Assembly (NCBI RefSeq): GCF_001194135.2
Contig: NC_068988.1
Location: 40,493,535 to 40,538,551, forward strand
DNA: 45,017 bases
Source of the DNA: Octopus bimaculoides
Lineage: Eukaryota
Direction of reading: 5' to 3'
Part shown: positions 23,450 to 34,869 of the stretch, piece by piece
Layout of the letters: each line of letters starts with the position of its first letter
Numbering within the stretch: position 1 is the first letter of the stretch
The notes under the pieces: generated by a model
The model's input: only the letters and a program-made list of their open reading frames with translations
What the model was told of the DNA's origin: nothing
Databases searched by the model: none
Program-made: the position numbers and the translations under genes

Positions 23450-26115
23450 GGCCAGCAGAAGGCTTCTAAAGGTTAACGATATCCCAGTGGAAAACCAAAA
23501 CCCCATGGAGTCCGAGTCACCCTGTCTCTGTCACTACTAAATGAATAACTAAACCCGTTTTCTCGTCTTTTCTTTACATTTCAACAAGCATGGTGACGTT
23601 AAAAGTGGATAGTATAAATGAACATGGCCTAGGGTTACCTTGGAAGCAGTGTTGCCTACTGAGTGACCTCACGTATCTAGTTTGGATTTGATAACTGCCA
23701 ATGAGACCAGGATTTCCAATACACACACTATTGTATCCGTTTTAAGCGATTTTGAAATCTCCGCTCCTCTTAATTGATCTTCAATAGGGAGCGGGGATTA
23801 TAGTTTTCTGAGGAAGCCTGGAGCCTGACGGTAAGTCGGTCCTGAACGAGAGCATTAGTGAAAGTGATGCCTTCAGACTAGTTACTTTGGACGGGGCAGT
23901 ATAATTTTTTACACGTTTATAGATGTCCTACTCTTTAGTCTTGGATACAGCTCTGGATTGCGTAGGGATAGCTAATAGGAGAGGTGGTATGTGCGAGTAT
24001 TGTAAAACTGCTCAGTCGTTTCCAACTGGCTGACAGTTGCCGACTGGATTTCCCGCAGGTGCCAGTATGGATATGGGCAAACAGCATCGGTTCATCTTAA
24101 TCAAATATACATAAAATATTAAATATCGTGTACGCCAATAGGTAAAGGCAGCTAAGGTTGTCCACAAATGAATGTTGTTTGCTATACAGACCACAAATTT
24201 GTAATTTGTACGGTCGATCTGGATAGGCTGTGTAGATAGTTACTAGGCTTCAAAAAAAGGCATTGTAACTGACGTGATGGCAGGGAGGTTAAAGATTATA
24301 TTGCCATCCTATGCTTGAGGGCATAAGGTAACAAAAGCCTTTCCACAAGTGCAACGTGGCAGCAAACCACAGTTCGATCCTTGACGGATGGGGAGAGCCG
24401 CATGCTACTTGATTCCACGCACGTGTGCGTAGCCTTATAGTGGTAATTTGCTTAACTCTTTGGAGTGAAGGTGAATCGGAGATGAGAGTGGAATTTATTG
24501 TCTACCTTGATGGCCTGCCGTGGCTATCGGCCGGAGATGAGAAGCCAATAACTGCGGATGAAATACGAAAAAACGATGATGGGTTGCAAGAAAAGTCACC
24601 GAGGCTTCATGGCGTGTCCTACGAGATTTATTGTTATATGCGAGACATGTTTGGAGAATTTTTGTCAAATGTGTATTAAAATTGGCAGTAGAATGGAAAA
24701 ATCTCCTGTCCTGCGGTGGTGCTGCTGACAAGCGACCCGAACAAGAGGGTGGTGACTTACACAATTTTAATTTCTATAACACTGCTAAACGCAGGGTGTG
24801 ACCAAGTTGAGGTGAGGCACAAACATGTGGTATACCAGGCAAATGATTCCTCGACAATCTATACCTCAAGCGATACATCATAGAAAGTGTAAGTAAAGAA
24901 AATGGCCTAGTTGAGGGTCTGAACAATTTAGATCACTCGAGAACGATCGACAGTGTCGAACTCCAATATACGCGTTTCTCATTAAAGCGGCTGGTTTCGG
25001 ACCATTCTTTCCAGTCTAAATCGCTACAGTATACGGTGTCATCTTTCGGTGTTCAAAGTTAGTAACTACTTGTTGGAACCGTTTAGAATTATGCGCTTGG
25101 TACGTATATGATGCCATTTCTCCTCATTTACTGACTGCAAAAGTTGAAGGCTTCGAGGGGCATCTCGCAAGAACTAGGATATAGAAGACCCATGCTTGCA
25201 TATGCGAATGGCGTCACCGAACTAGTGTCGGATACCATCGCTATTGCTCAGGAAAATACTGAGTGTCAATGAAAATCAGCTCGCTGATATACTACGGAAG
25301 GCTTTAGAGCACAAATCCTCAGATATAGTTTCTAGAAATCACTGGACTGGTAATGCGAAGTGGCCTTGTCGTATCAAAATAAATTATATATGTATCTTAG
25401 TGCCGTCAGCTGCGCCTGCCCAAGATGTTTGCAGAGTCACGATACCGTCATGCACACATTCATGCAGTGCTCGAAATATTGCTGATTCATGGTTATGTCA
25501 AACAGCTGCTATCACGTGCACGACAGATCCGTCTATCGGCCGGCTCCATTGTAAAGATTGCCTCACCTCTTTCTAGTTGTCGAGAAAGGCAGGTAGGCAG
25601 GTTTCCTCTGTTTGGTAGCTACGGTGAAAGTGAATTTGGTAGATATGCCTGAAAGGACTGGAAACAGTGACTTTTCTCTTTAGCCAAACCCTCATCGACT
25701 GTTTTTCTAGTTTCACTTGGAAAGGAAACAGATGATGGAGAGAGGGGTACTGTCAACTAGTAAATTTGCTGAAAGATGCGTGGATGTAGGGAGAATGGCC
25801 AGAGTAAATGGACCTACTCTAAGAATGAGCCTGTCGGCTGGAATTCATGGGGAAGAGATGAGCATTTAGCGTGATACATCTGGCGAGTAGAATGACTTGG
25901 GATCTGTGGTGCTCATTAGTCACCCCTGGATGGTGCTCTTCAGTATTAGAGAAGTTTATTGCCTATAATTTTATTGTTAATTTTTTTTGTGCTTTTTATT
26001 GTTTACACATTCTTTTTTATGTAAACCCCCACTAGCCCTTGTTTTCATTTGTTCTTTTATTTTGTGTGCAGCCTTTGTGGCCAATAAAGAAAGAATTATT
26101 ATTAATATTATTATT
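23450..26115 (+). mobile_element. Internally deleted, degenerate Tx1/L1-like LINE ORF2 plus 3' UTR
   Basis: ORF2 start MVTLKVDSINEHGLGLPWKQCCLLSDL at 23590, KSPRLHGVSYEIY (~24590), KAAGFGP, AYANGVT (decayed YADD, ~25199), and a C-terminus and 3' end shared with 510-1128. Confidence 0.8.
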
Positions 26116-26445
26116 ATTCCCCAGTCATTATCAATTAGATCTTCAATATATATTACTGATACTTATTTCATCAATGACGGAAAGATGGAAAGGGAATATG
26201 ATCCGCAAGATGCACAAGGCTGTTGTAAACAAATACAATATAATATAATGTTTTGCCTGACGTTCTAACAGCTGTGTTGTTCATCATTGATTCTTAAACT
26301 TAGGGGTCTGGAACAATTAATTATATTAACATTCAAGCGTTTGAGCCATAGTTTTATTAACCAATTCCAAAGTGATACAATACAGATATAGTATGATTGA
26401 TACTCGGAACGTAAAACCTGAAGAATTGCATCCCACATATTTTTT

Positions 26446-26500
<55 letters not shown>

Positions 26501-26529
26501 GTTTCAAATTGTGCCACAAGAACAGCAAT

Positions 26530-26790
26530 TATAAGGAAAGGGATGAGTTGATTACATCGACCACAGTGTTCAACTGGTACTTATTTTATCGTCCCCGAAA
26601 GGTTGAAAACCAAAGTCGACCTCGGCGGAATTTAATAATAATAATAATAATAATAATCCTTTCTACTGGAAGCACAAGCTCTCAAATTTGGGTGAAGAGT
26701 CGATTATATCATTCTCCAGTGAGTAAGTGGTACGAACTTTATTGACCCCGAAAGGAAGAAAGGCAAAGTCGACCTCGGTGGAATTTAATA
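26530..26790 (-). mobile_element. Two partial SINE copies (2145-2362 family) separated by (AAT)n
   Basis: Reverse complement of the GTCGACTTTGCCTTTCATCCTTTCGGGG domain at ~26580-26625 and ~26740-26785. Confidence 0.7.
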
Positions 26791-28737
26791 ATAATAATAA
26801 TAATAATTGCAGCAGAATATGTAGACGTATATTTATTTTTTCAGCAATAGAGATTACGAGTTGCATATGGTTTCAACATTTCAAACCCTTCAATTATGTT
26901 GAGAACCAGATTTGTTGCTAATTCGAATAAGTACTTTTTTTTCTTTTGTATGTGACCCGGAAATATGAGAACAGTGATAAAATATGAACTTGTTACCAGT
27001 TTTGTGAGCAATACTGTTTATAGCCTATATTTATATTTTGTGAATATGTATTCATATGACATTTGTTTAAGACGAGACATTTGAATTCAGTTACTTATTT
27101 TTTCCTCTCGAAATAAAGCGCCAGCGACTTGAAGGGACAAAAGAAAAAAAAATGTACTCTTACCTCACTTTCCAAATGACACTCATGAGATATGCAAGGT
27201 GAAACAATAACATCTATGAATTGAATTTTAATTTACCTTACACTATATGAAACAATTCCTATAGTTTCCTTTAAATTCATTGAAAGCATATTTCTTTTAG
27301 TTTTGCGTACATAAAGGAAGAACATAAAATTATAAATAAAATTGTAAAAACTTCTTACAAGTTGTGTGAGGAACAAATGGCGGGTGAAAAGCAGTCGATG
27401 ATCCAATGACAGCAAGTAGAGTAGATGCGATGAAGATTAGAATTTTTGACATGATGTTCCTTGTTCTCTTCTCGATTCTCGATTCAATTCGATATGCGAT
27501 GATAAGCATTTATATATTGTTCTAAACTGTGAATATTGGTAAAAAGGTAATCTGAATTTCTCACATTATTGTTTTCATATCTTGGTCCTGACAGCAATGT
27601 ATGGGAGTTTCTCATGGCATAACAATGAGGGAGACCATTGTTGCAAGCATTAGGTAATGGAATGCCTTAAAATAATTCTAAAAGTACGATTAACCAGATT
27701 GACAGGATGAGTAATTGTGGTGCTATTTTTCATGTCATAGTCATTAACTATCCCTAATTTTAGCCCTAATATTAACCCTAAGTGATTAGCACTTATAGAA
27801 TTATATACATGCGCACATTAGGTATTATGACTCCATTTGTTCTAGAGAAAGTGTATGGAATAATTTGTTTTTATCGTTTTATCTTGTACTTTGTATTTCT
27901 ATCTGTTTACATGAAGAGAGCACTTTATGCTATAGATCAGTTTTAAACAATCTGTAAAATTTGGAGAAAACTTTTGACGAGACTGCCCTCCCAAATGACT
28001 TACTGTAGAGGAGTAAAGAACCTGCAGTGCTTCGGCGTTTAATATCCGAGTTTATTACCGTTTTTACCTGCAGCTATCAGCCCTTGTTTATAACCCGTAG
28101 AGCAATTTATATATACAATAACAGAAGTTGCGGCATATATAGTGTGGCATCGCCACCAGCATTTTCCCCTAACTACTCGATACATTGCTTCTGGATTTCA
28201 ACTTGCATTATTTAGAAAATGTTTTTTGCCAGCTCCTTGTGTTTTTAGAGAGAGCTTGATTATCAAGAGACAAGCGGAAAATGCTGACACGTGTTTCTGC
28301 CTAAATAAATATAATCAGCACAGCTGTCTTCTTTTATTCAAGCTATCTGAATATCTTTCATTAGCAGGATATCAGTTTTGGAGGATACTTGTTTCTTGTA
28401 ATTAACTGTTTTTCTTCGGAGTTGGTCCGAACTGCAATCGCTCTATCTTTTCTGGAAATAAGATATGACAGTGTGAACACATGCATTGATTATGTAAGGT
28501 GTAACTTATATTACTCAAACCACGTGTTGAAAGAAATTTAAGATGAAGAAGCAAACAAACGAAATTACATTTCAAGCATGAAATTTATTTATTGAATTAA
28601 ATATAATCTGATATTCTCTAGAATGAAAAAATATCGATTACATATGAAATGACATTAACTCGAAATTAATTTTCTGTGGACCGAATAGTAACAACAATTT
28701 TGCAAATATTTATATATCCATATATAAATATAAACGT

Positions 28738-28896
28738 AGGTGTGGTATTGTCGTAGAAATCTTGCTCCCGAACCACATGATACCGGGTTTAGTCCCACTG
28801 CGTGGTACCTTAGGCAAGTCTCTTCTACTAATTCCGCGGTTTGACCGAAGCGTTGTGATTTGATTTAGTAGACGGAAACTGAAGAAATCCCGTTGT

Positions 28897-28952
<56 letters not shown>

Positions 28953-29132
28953 GTGCTTGTGTATGTGTGTGTGTTAGTTTACATCCCAGTAACTGGTGGT
29001 TCGGCAAAAGACATCGATAGAATGACTATTACTTTTAATTCGATACCATTCGATTCGATCGAGTAAAACTCTTCAAATCGGTGCCTCAGTATGGCTGCAG
29101 TTAAATGACTGACACAAATAAAAGATAAAAGA
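28738..29132 (+). mobile_element. Uninterrupted tRNA-derived CORE-like SINE with internal (GATA)n
   Basis: Head AGGTGTGG..AGAAATCTTGCTCCCGAACCACATGA, then CCTTAGGCAAGTCTCTTCTAC (CORE-like), GACGGAAACTGAAG, the microsatellite and a TAAAAGA tail. It serves as the empty-site reference for the LINE-split copies. Confidence 0.8.
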
Positions 29133-29506
29133 TATATTACATACAGCACCATTTCCATAACAAGTGTTAGCTAGACGTCATTAGTAATGAGATTCATATA
29201 GCAACAGAGATGTGTACCTGAATTAAAGAAAATTGACCACAGCATCACTTAAAAATTTCTGCTCTTCAATAATCAAGAACGTTTTGACAGCAGAAATATG
29301 TCAAAGAATAAAAAAAGACTTCATAGCAAATTAAGGGGGAGCTACCAATTCACCTCTCGAAGACCACATAGCTCCATAGTAAAATAATAATAATTCAAAT
29401 GAGTTCAGTAAATTTTAATACAAAATTATTGAAATATTATATACAGATATACGAAACAATAGGCAGTGCACTCCTATAAACATACACACTTTCACATACA
29501 TATGTC

Positions 29507-29538
29507 AGTCGTGGCTGTGTGGTAAGAAGTTTGCTTCC
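29507..29538 (+). mobile_element. Isolated SINE head ending at the LINE target site
   Basis: AGTCGTGGCTGTGTGGTAAGAAGTTTGCTTCC, followed directly by LINE A. Confidence 0.75.
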
Positions 29539-31100
29539 AGTTACCCAGAGTTCATTTGGTTTGTTGTATTTCTACGAAGTAGACTTTTTTTTTTCCTGTG
29601 CGGATTTTTTTGGCTGTGAGACGTTTTTCCTGTTGTGCGATGGAAGGGCGTCGTGTTAAGAGTTTTGAAAAAATGTATAATTCTTATTCGGAATTTGAGT
29701 CGTCTGGGGAGAACTTGGTGAAGTGTTTGGAGAAGACTGACAAGCAAATGGACACTAAGAATTACGCAGCAGTGGCGAAAGGGAGAATTGAAGACGTAAG
29801 TCTGGAGGAGTTAAGCAAGTTCAAGGACATGCTTGAAAGGGAGGGGTGCGATGTGAAGGTTTCCTCCCACAAAGAAGTGTTAAAAGATAAGGTAGAGAGA
29901 CCAATCGTCTATAGAACGTATGCGGTGGTAACAAGGAAGATAGTAGTGGTGTCGGGGGCACAAGTCGAAAAGGCGTTAAGGCCAGTCTGACAGGAGATAT
30001 CTTATCTTGCCAGAGGTCGAAAATATGGAAAGGTGGAGGTGCAGTTTAAAGAGATAGTAACAGCTAAACTGTACTCGGCCACACCGTTGAAAACGGATGA
30101 GGTTGTACTGCTCCTCGTGTACCTTAGGAGGCGGACTACCAGGTTTCGGGTAGAGGACATACCACCGGAAGTAAATGTAACCTGGCTGGTGGCTGCCGTG
30201 CTGCGGAGCATGGAGGAGAAGTTGGTGGCATTGCGGGTCACCAGAACACCCCAAAGGAATTGGAGAGGTCAAACCCTGGAAATGGTGGTGCAAGTCGCGG
30301 AGAAACGGTGCAAGAAACGGTAGAAAACATTTTAGTGGATGAAACGACTTTGAAAGTTAGAGAGGGTGGAAGAATTCGACGATGTTATAAATGTGGCCTG
30401 AAGGGCCACATTAAAGCGGAATGCCTGCCATCACTGGAAAAGGCTGAGGAGAGTAAAACAGTGGTAAGTGCTCCACAGGCTGTGGAGGGAGAAGATAATA
30501 ACGAGGAGGAACCACAGACGAAGACAGGCACCAGTGTCGAGGAGAAAGAAGCAAATACCAGTTGGGAAATGGTGAAGAAAAAGAGCATCCACTCTACCCC
30601 AACCACTCCCTACGGACACCAACCCTCTCCACGGCCCAACTGACACGAAGACAAACATAAACACACAGGAGCCCCAAATCCCACCACCCTTGCCCTGGGA
30701 AAGAAAATACATTGTATTATACCACAAACTTATTGAAGAACTAGAATTAATCTTCTCTCTTCGCTCCTTTGCGCCACATAGGCTCAACTCCTCTCCTCTC
30801 TTCATCTGACTTTTCTCCTTTCCTCTCTTCATTTTACACCTACTTCCTCTCTTCACTCCTCCCCAACAACTCTCTCCATCATCCACACACCCCACATTAC
30901 AGATGCACATATACACTCACACATCCAAACTCGTCAAAGTCACTAGCTCTTATCCATAAACACACACACTTAGACATTCTCACATACAAACACACGCACG
31001 CACGCGTACTTTCGTTTTGGGATCACCAATACATTATTATCTCCCCTTCTTTCTACCTTATCGTTAAACCTTTTTTCCCCAACAGCCGCCATGCTTGACG
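29539..31100 (+). mobile_element. Tx1-like LINE A: 5' end and frameshifted ORF1 with gag-like zinc knuckle; ORF2 absent
   Basis: ORF pieces 29598-29990, 30033-30323 and 30260-30643. CYKCGLKGHIKAEC (CX2CX4HX4C) at 30383-30424. Homologous to ~33290-34330. The right boundary is uncertain. Confidence 0.8.
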
Positions 31101-31144
31101 ATATATCCACAGGCATTTTTTTAAAAAATCCTTTCTGTTTATTT

Positions 31145-31465
31145 TGTCTTTCTCCTTTCTTTTAAAGGGCGTAGGCTCGAAACGTAAAAGACGTTCTCAC
31201 TTTCCCGTACGTCAAACTAATACACCTGATTGTTGTTTATACGCCTGTCTTCGTCTTTTATTTTCCTGTAAATTTCAACTATACAGTACTATATTTGAGA
31301 CATGGGGAATTATATACATTATTTACATTAGACGGATATTTGTCATCATCTTGTTCGTTGTTAATACAACATTTCGGCTGATATACTCTCCAACTTTAAT
31401 TCGCTGTCTTAAGGGAATTTCCGAACTTGGGTTCTCATTCCTAAGGTATGTTTCGATGTTCTTGT
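31145..31465. repeat. Interspersed repeat resembling Penelope pseudo-LTR sequence, with decayed hammerhead-like motifs
   Basis: Hairpin GGGC-GTAG-GCTC followed by GAAAC (~31167-31183), and minus-strand TATATCAGCCGAAA (~31372-31385). The CTGANGA half is not intact in either. Confidence 0.4.
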
Positions 31466-32197
31466 TGTTGTTGTTATTATTATTATTATTCAGGTTACTG
31501 CCTGGAATCGAATTTTGGAATTAGTAGCCTTTACCCAATATGCCCGTGGACAATTATGAAGTGAATTTTAGGGCTTATAAATCAAGTATTTTCTTATCCT
31601 TCCTTAATACCGGTTCCCATATGCTACTCAAATGTGCACTCGGTCTACTTAGGAGGTTATTGTGCCCTAGTATATGTGCTGCTTGGAGATCCATGAGAGT
31701 TCCATAAGGGATCGAAGAACCCTGATAAATGGAGCTCGATTTATTTGCTTCCATTATTGGCTGCGTATTTTGGTGAACTACATCTACCAACATTAGAGCC
31801 CCCAGAAACAGCTATTGAACTTACAACACGTTTTTACCCCAGCCTTAATTTTCTCTGTCGGTTATACTAGGAGTATGTTTGATCCATTCAAATATAAGTA
31901 TCTATATATTTATACTTAAATAATCGTCGTCTGCAAATCTTCACACTTTGCTTTCTTTCTGTTTGTATGTGTACACATACACACAAACACACACACACAT
32001 ATACATTGATACATATATATACATGTATATATATACGTATATATATATATATNNNNNNNNNNNNNNNNNNNNNNNNNNNNNNNNNNNNNNNNNNNNNNNN
32101 NNNNNNNNNNNNNNNNNNNNNNNNNNNNNNNNNNNNNNNNNNNNNNNNNNNNAAAAAAGAAACAGAACAAAGGATTTATTCTTACATGCTTCAGAAA

Positions 32198-32203
32198 TTT
32201 ATT
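32198..32203 (-). terminator. Polyadenylation signal of galaxin-like paralogue 3
   Basis: AATAAA on the minus strand, 19 nt after the TGA. Confidence 0.7.
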
Positions 32204-32222
32204 TTTTCATATCAGTTACCAA

Positions 32223-32761
32223 TCAGTGATGATGATCATAATGATGGTGATGATAACCCGACTGCCACCATGACACATAATTCGTTCGTGGTAATACTTG
32301 ATTGTAGAAACAGTAGTTAGAACGTACACGGAAAACGGAAGTTCCACAACAAGCATACGTGTTTGGTACGAGATTATTTCCTGTTGGAAAAGTAGGAGCA
32401 ATTGTTACTGCATTTCCATTACAGCAAACTGCCTTGGTCTTATCCATTTTAGCTGCCCCGCAACAAACATCATATATTGATGTTCTGTCAATTGGTGCTC
32501 CATTACAACATATTTGAGCCAGTCTCGCAATAGTTTTACCGGCACAACAATCATTAATAGATAAATCTAAAGAAGCCAAACCGCAACAACCATTTGCTGT
32601 TGCTTTTCTTGCAACGAGTGCACCGCCGCAACATAAATTTGCATCTCTGTCAAATGCAATATTTCCACAACAAGCAGGAGCTTTGAAACCAGTTATAGAT
32701 GATATTTGTGTGCCGCAGCAAATGCTATTGTAAACGTTGTACGCTTGGCCATTGCAATAAT
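32223..32761 (-). CDS. Terminal coding exon of galaxin-like Cys-Cys repeat protein (paralogue 3) with His-rich tail
   Basis: Acceptor tgtttatttttag|AT (phase 1). The frame extends 5' of the ORF-track start: YCNGQAYNVYNSICCGTQISSITGFKAPACCGNIAFDRDANLCCGGALVARKATANGCCG... to WWQSGYHHHHYDHHH*. Nine CC plus two single Cys, ungapped alignment to paralogue 2. Confidence 0.88.
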
Positions 32762-32884
32762 CTAAAAATAAACAATTATAAAAAACTCATTTAATTCAAA
32801 TAATGAATACAACTGTATGAATACAATGTATGAATATAACAAAGAAACAATTATTACTATTATGGACACAATGCTTAAAATCAC

Positions 32885-32933
32885 CTCTGGAAGGATGAAA
32901 GAGAAATCGACCGTGACAGAATATGAAACCAGA
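32885..32933 (-). CDS. Candidate penultimate exon of paralogue 3 (possible end of signal peptide)
   Basis: Strong acceptor (ctttcctttttgcag), 49 nt reading SGFIFCHGRFLFHPSR+G, and a GT donor. It leaves a 123-nt phase-1 intron that reconstitutes the Asp codon (G|AT) before YCN. Confidence 0.45.
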
Positions 32934-33130
32934 CTGCAAAAAGGAAAGAAATGTCACTGAACATTTTGTCTGGCTTCCAAATGATTCTACTAGAATGCTA
33001 CCTTTGTGAATACGAACAATAATGTCATTCATTAATATATGCATGTGTACTTATACACACTCACACACACGCGCATACAAACGTGCACTCACACATATAG
33101 ACACATATGTTTATATATACATATATACAT

Positions 33131-33147
33131 AGGCGTGGCTGTGTGGT
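33131..33147 (+). mobile_element. SINE head (A-box part) of the LINE-split SINE
   Basis: AGGCGTGGCTGTGTGGT, identical over GTGGCTGTGTGGT to 29511-29523. Only 17 nt long. Confidence 0.6.
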
Positions 33148-34861
33148 CATTTGCTAGTCGAACTACTGTCTTTGATCGTAACACACGTGTTTTTTGTTTT
33201 TGCTGTCTTGCAGTGACGTTTTCCCTCTTGTTTAATGGAGGGGCTTCGGGTAATGAGTTGTGAAGATTTTAATTATTCTTCTTCAGACTTTGTGTCGTCT
33301 GAGGACGGGTAAGGTGTTTGAAGAAAACTGATGAAGTAATGGAGACAAAGAATTATGCAGAGGTGATGAAAGAAGAAAGCGAAGACACGAGACTGGAAGA
33401 ATTGAGTAAATTCAAGGGAATGATTAAAAGGGAGGGGAACGAAGTGGATGTGTCCCCCACACAAAGAGGTTTTACCAAAAATATGAGAAAACAATAATTT
33501 ACAGCCAGGAAGATTGAAGTCATATCGACGGCTCAAATAGAAAAGGCACTTAAACCAATCTGGCAGGGTATTTCCTACCTCAACAGAGAAAAAAAATTTG
33601 GGACAGTGGAGGTGCAGTTTCGGGAGGTAGTTACTGCCAGGCTGCACTCAACGACATCATTGAAAACCGAAGAAGTGGTGCTTCTACCCGTATACCTTGG
33701 GAGGCCTGTTTCCAGGGTTAGGGTAGAAGATATACCCAGAAGTAAATGAGGCGTGGCTGGTAGCTGCCATACTGCTGGGAATAGAGAAGATGGAGGTCCT
33801 CCAAGCCACCAGAACACCACACAGAAACTGTCAAGGGCAAAGCCTGGACATGGTAGTACAGGTTGCCTCAGAAGATATCGAAAGTACGGTAGAGACTATT
33901 ACGGTAGGAGATGCAACACTGAAAGTCATGGTGGAAGGAAGGATTCCGTGATGCTATATATGTTGCTTGAAAGGTCACATTAGATTGGATAATCCTTCAC
34001 CACCTGTGAAGGCTAAGGAAAGGCATGATTGTGAGAAAGTGGTTGGTGCTCCACTGCTCGTATAGGCTGAGAAAATGTACAAGAAGGAGAGTGAAACGGC
34101 ACTACAGACAAAGACTAGTACTAGCGTCGAGGAAGAGGAGGTGAACACTGAATGGGAAATAGCTGGGGAAAAGAGAAGAAAGAGGGAAAAGGCACACGTT
34201 GTAAATGGTAACCTCCATTCCACATCCATCCAACTCCCACCTACACCCACATTACCCCAACCACTCCCTAAAGACACCAGCCCGCTCCATGCCACATTTG
34301 ACATGAAGACAAACACAAAGAAACAGAAGCCCCAATTTTCCCCTCACAGGCCCTTGAAAAAACATGTTATATTGTACAGTGGGAGAAAATGAAGAACTCT
34401 ATGACAAAATATGAAAAAACTGAAAATACAAATAAAACTCTATGAAAGTGAATATATCAGGAGTGAAGGAGATGCTCGAGTACATTCGTTGTATAGTGGT
34501 AGACCCGGAATATATGTCGAAATTAAAGGACTATGAGGAATCCATGACTATCAATGATTAGGCAAGAACTTGGACACCAGTTCAATGCCAAAACAATTAA
34601 GTTTACATGTTATTTAAAAAAAAAACATAATGTAAACATTCTTCAGAAATTAGCTATCGCTATAAAAAGCATTATAAACTATTTTTTTTTTTAAGTTTGT
34701 ATTAACACGTTCAATGAAATCGCTCCGAGGTGGGGCAAAACGGCTTCATTTTATTTTTCATTATATTTAATTCATCCTTTCCATTCCATTTTTTCTTATT
34801 CCCACCTTGTGCTGTCCCCTCTATGTACGGCTTTCATGGCTAATTTCATAAAATAAAGAAG
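33148..34861 (+). mobile_element. Tx1-like LINE B: degenerate ORF1, ORF2 largely deleted, 3' end retained
   Basis: ORF1 homologous to LINE A (METKNYAEV..LEELSKFKGMIKREG; decayed knuckle CYICCLKGHI at ~33953). The 3' end CGGCTTTCATGGCTAATTTCATAAAATAAAGAAG matches the LINE C 3' end. Confidence 0.75.
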
Positions 34862-34869
34862 CTTGCTTC

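Noticed and set aside
26150-26268. Plus-strand YDPQDAQGCCKQIQY, superficially like a galaxin repeat
   Set aside because: Single CC, opposite strand to the cluster, no repeat periodicity and no clear splice context.
27161-27300. Minus-strand MLLFHLAYLMSVIWKV with a strong GAG|GTAAGA donor as a signal-peptide exon
   Set aside because: In that frame the donor is phase 2, which is incompatible with the phase-1 acceptor of paralogue 2. No supporting intermediate exon.
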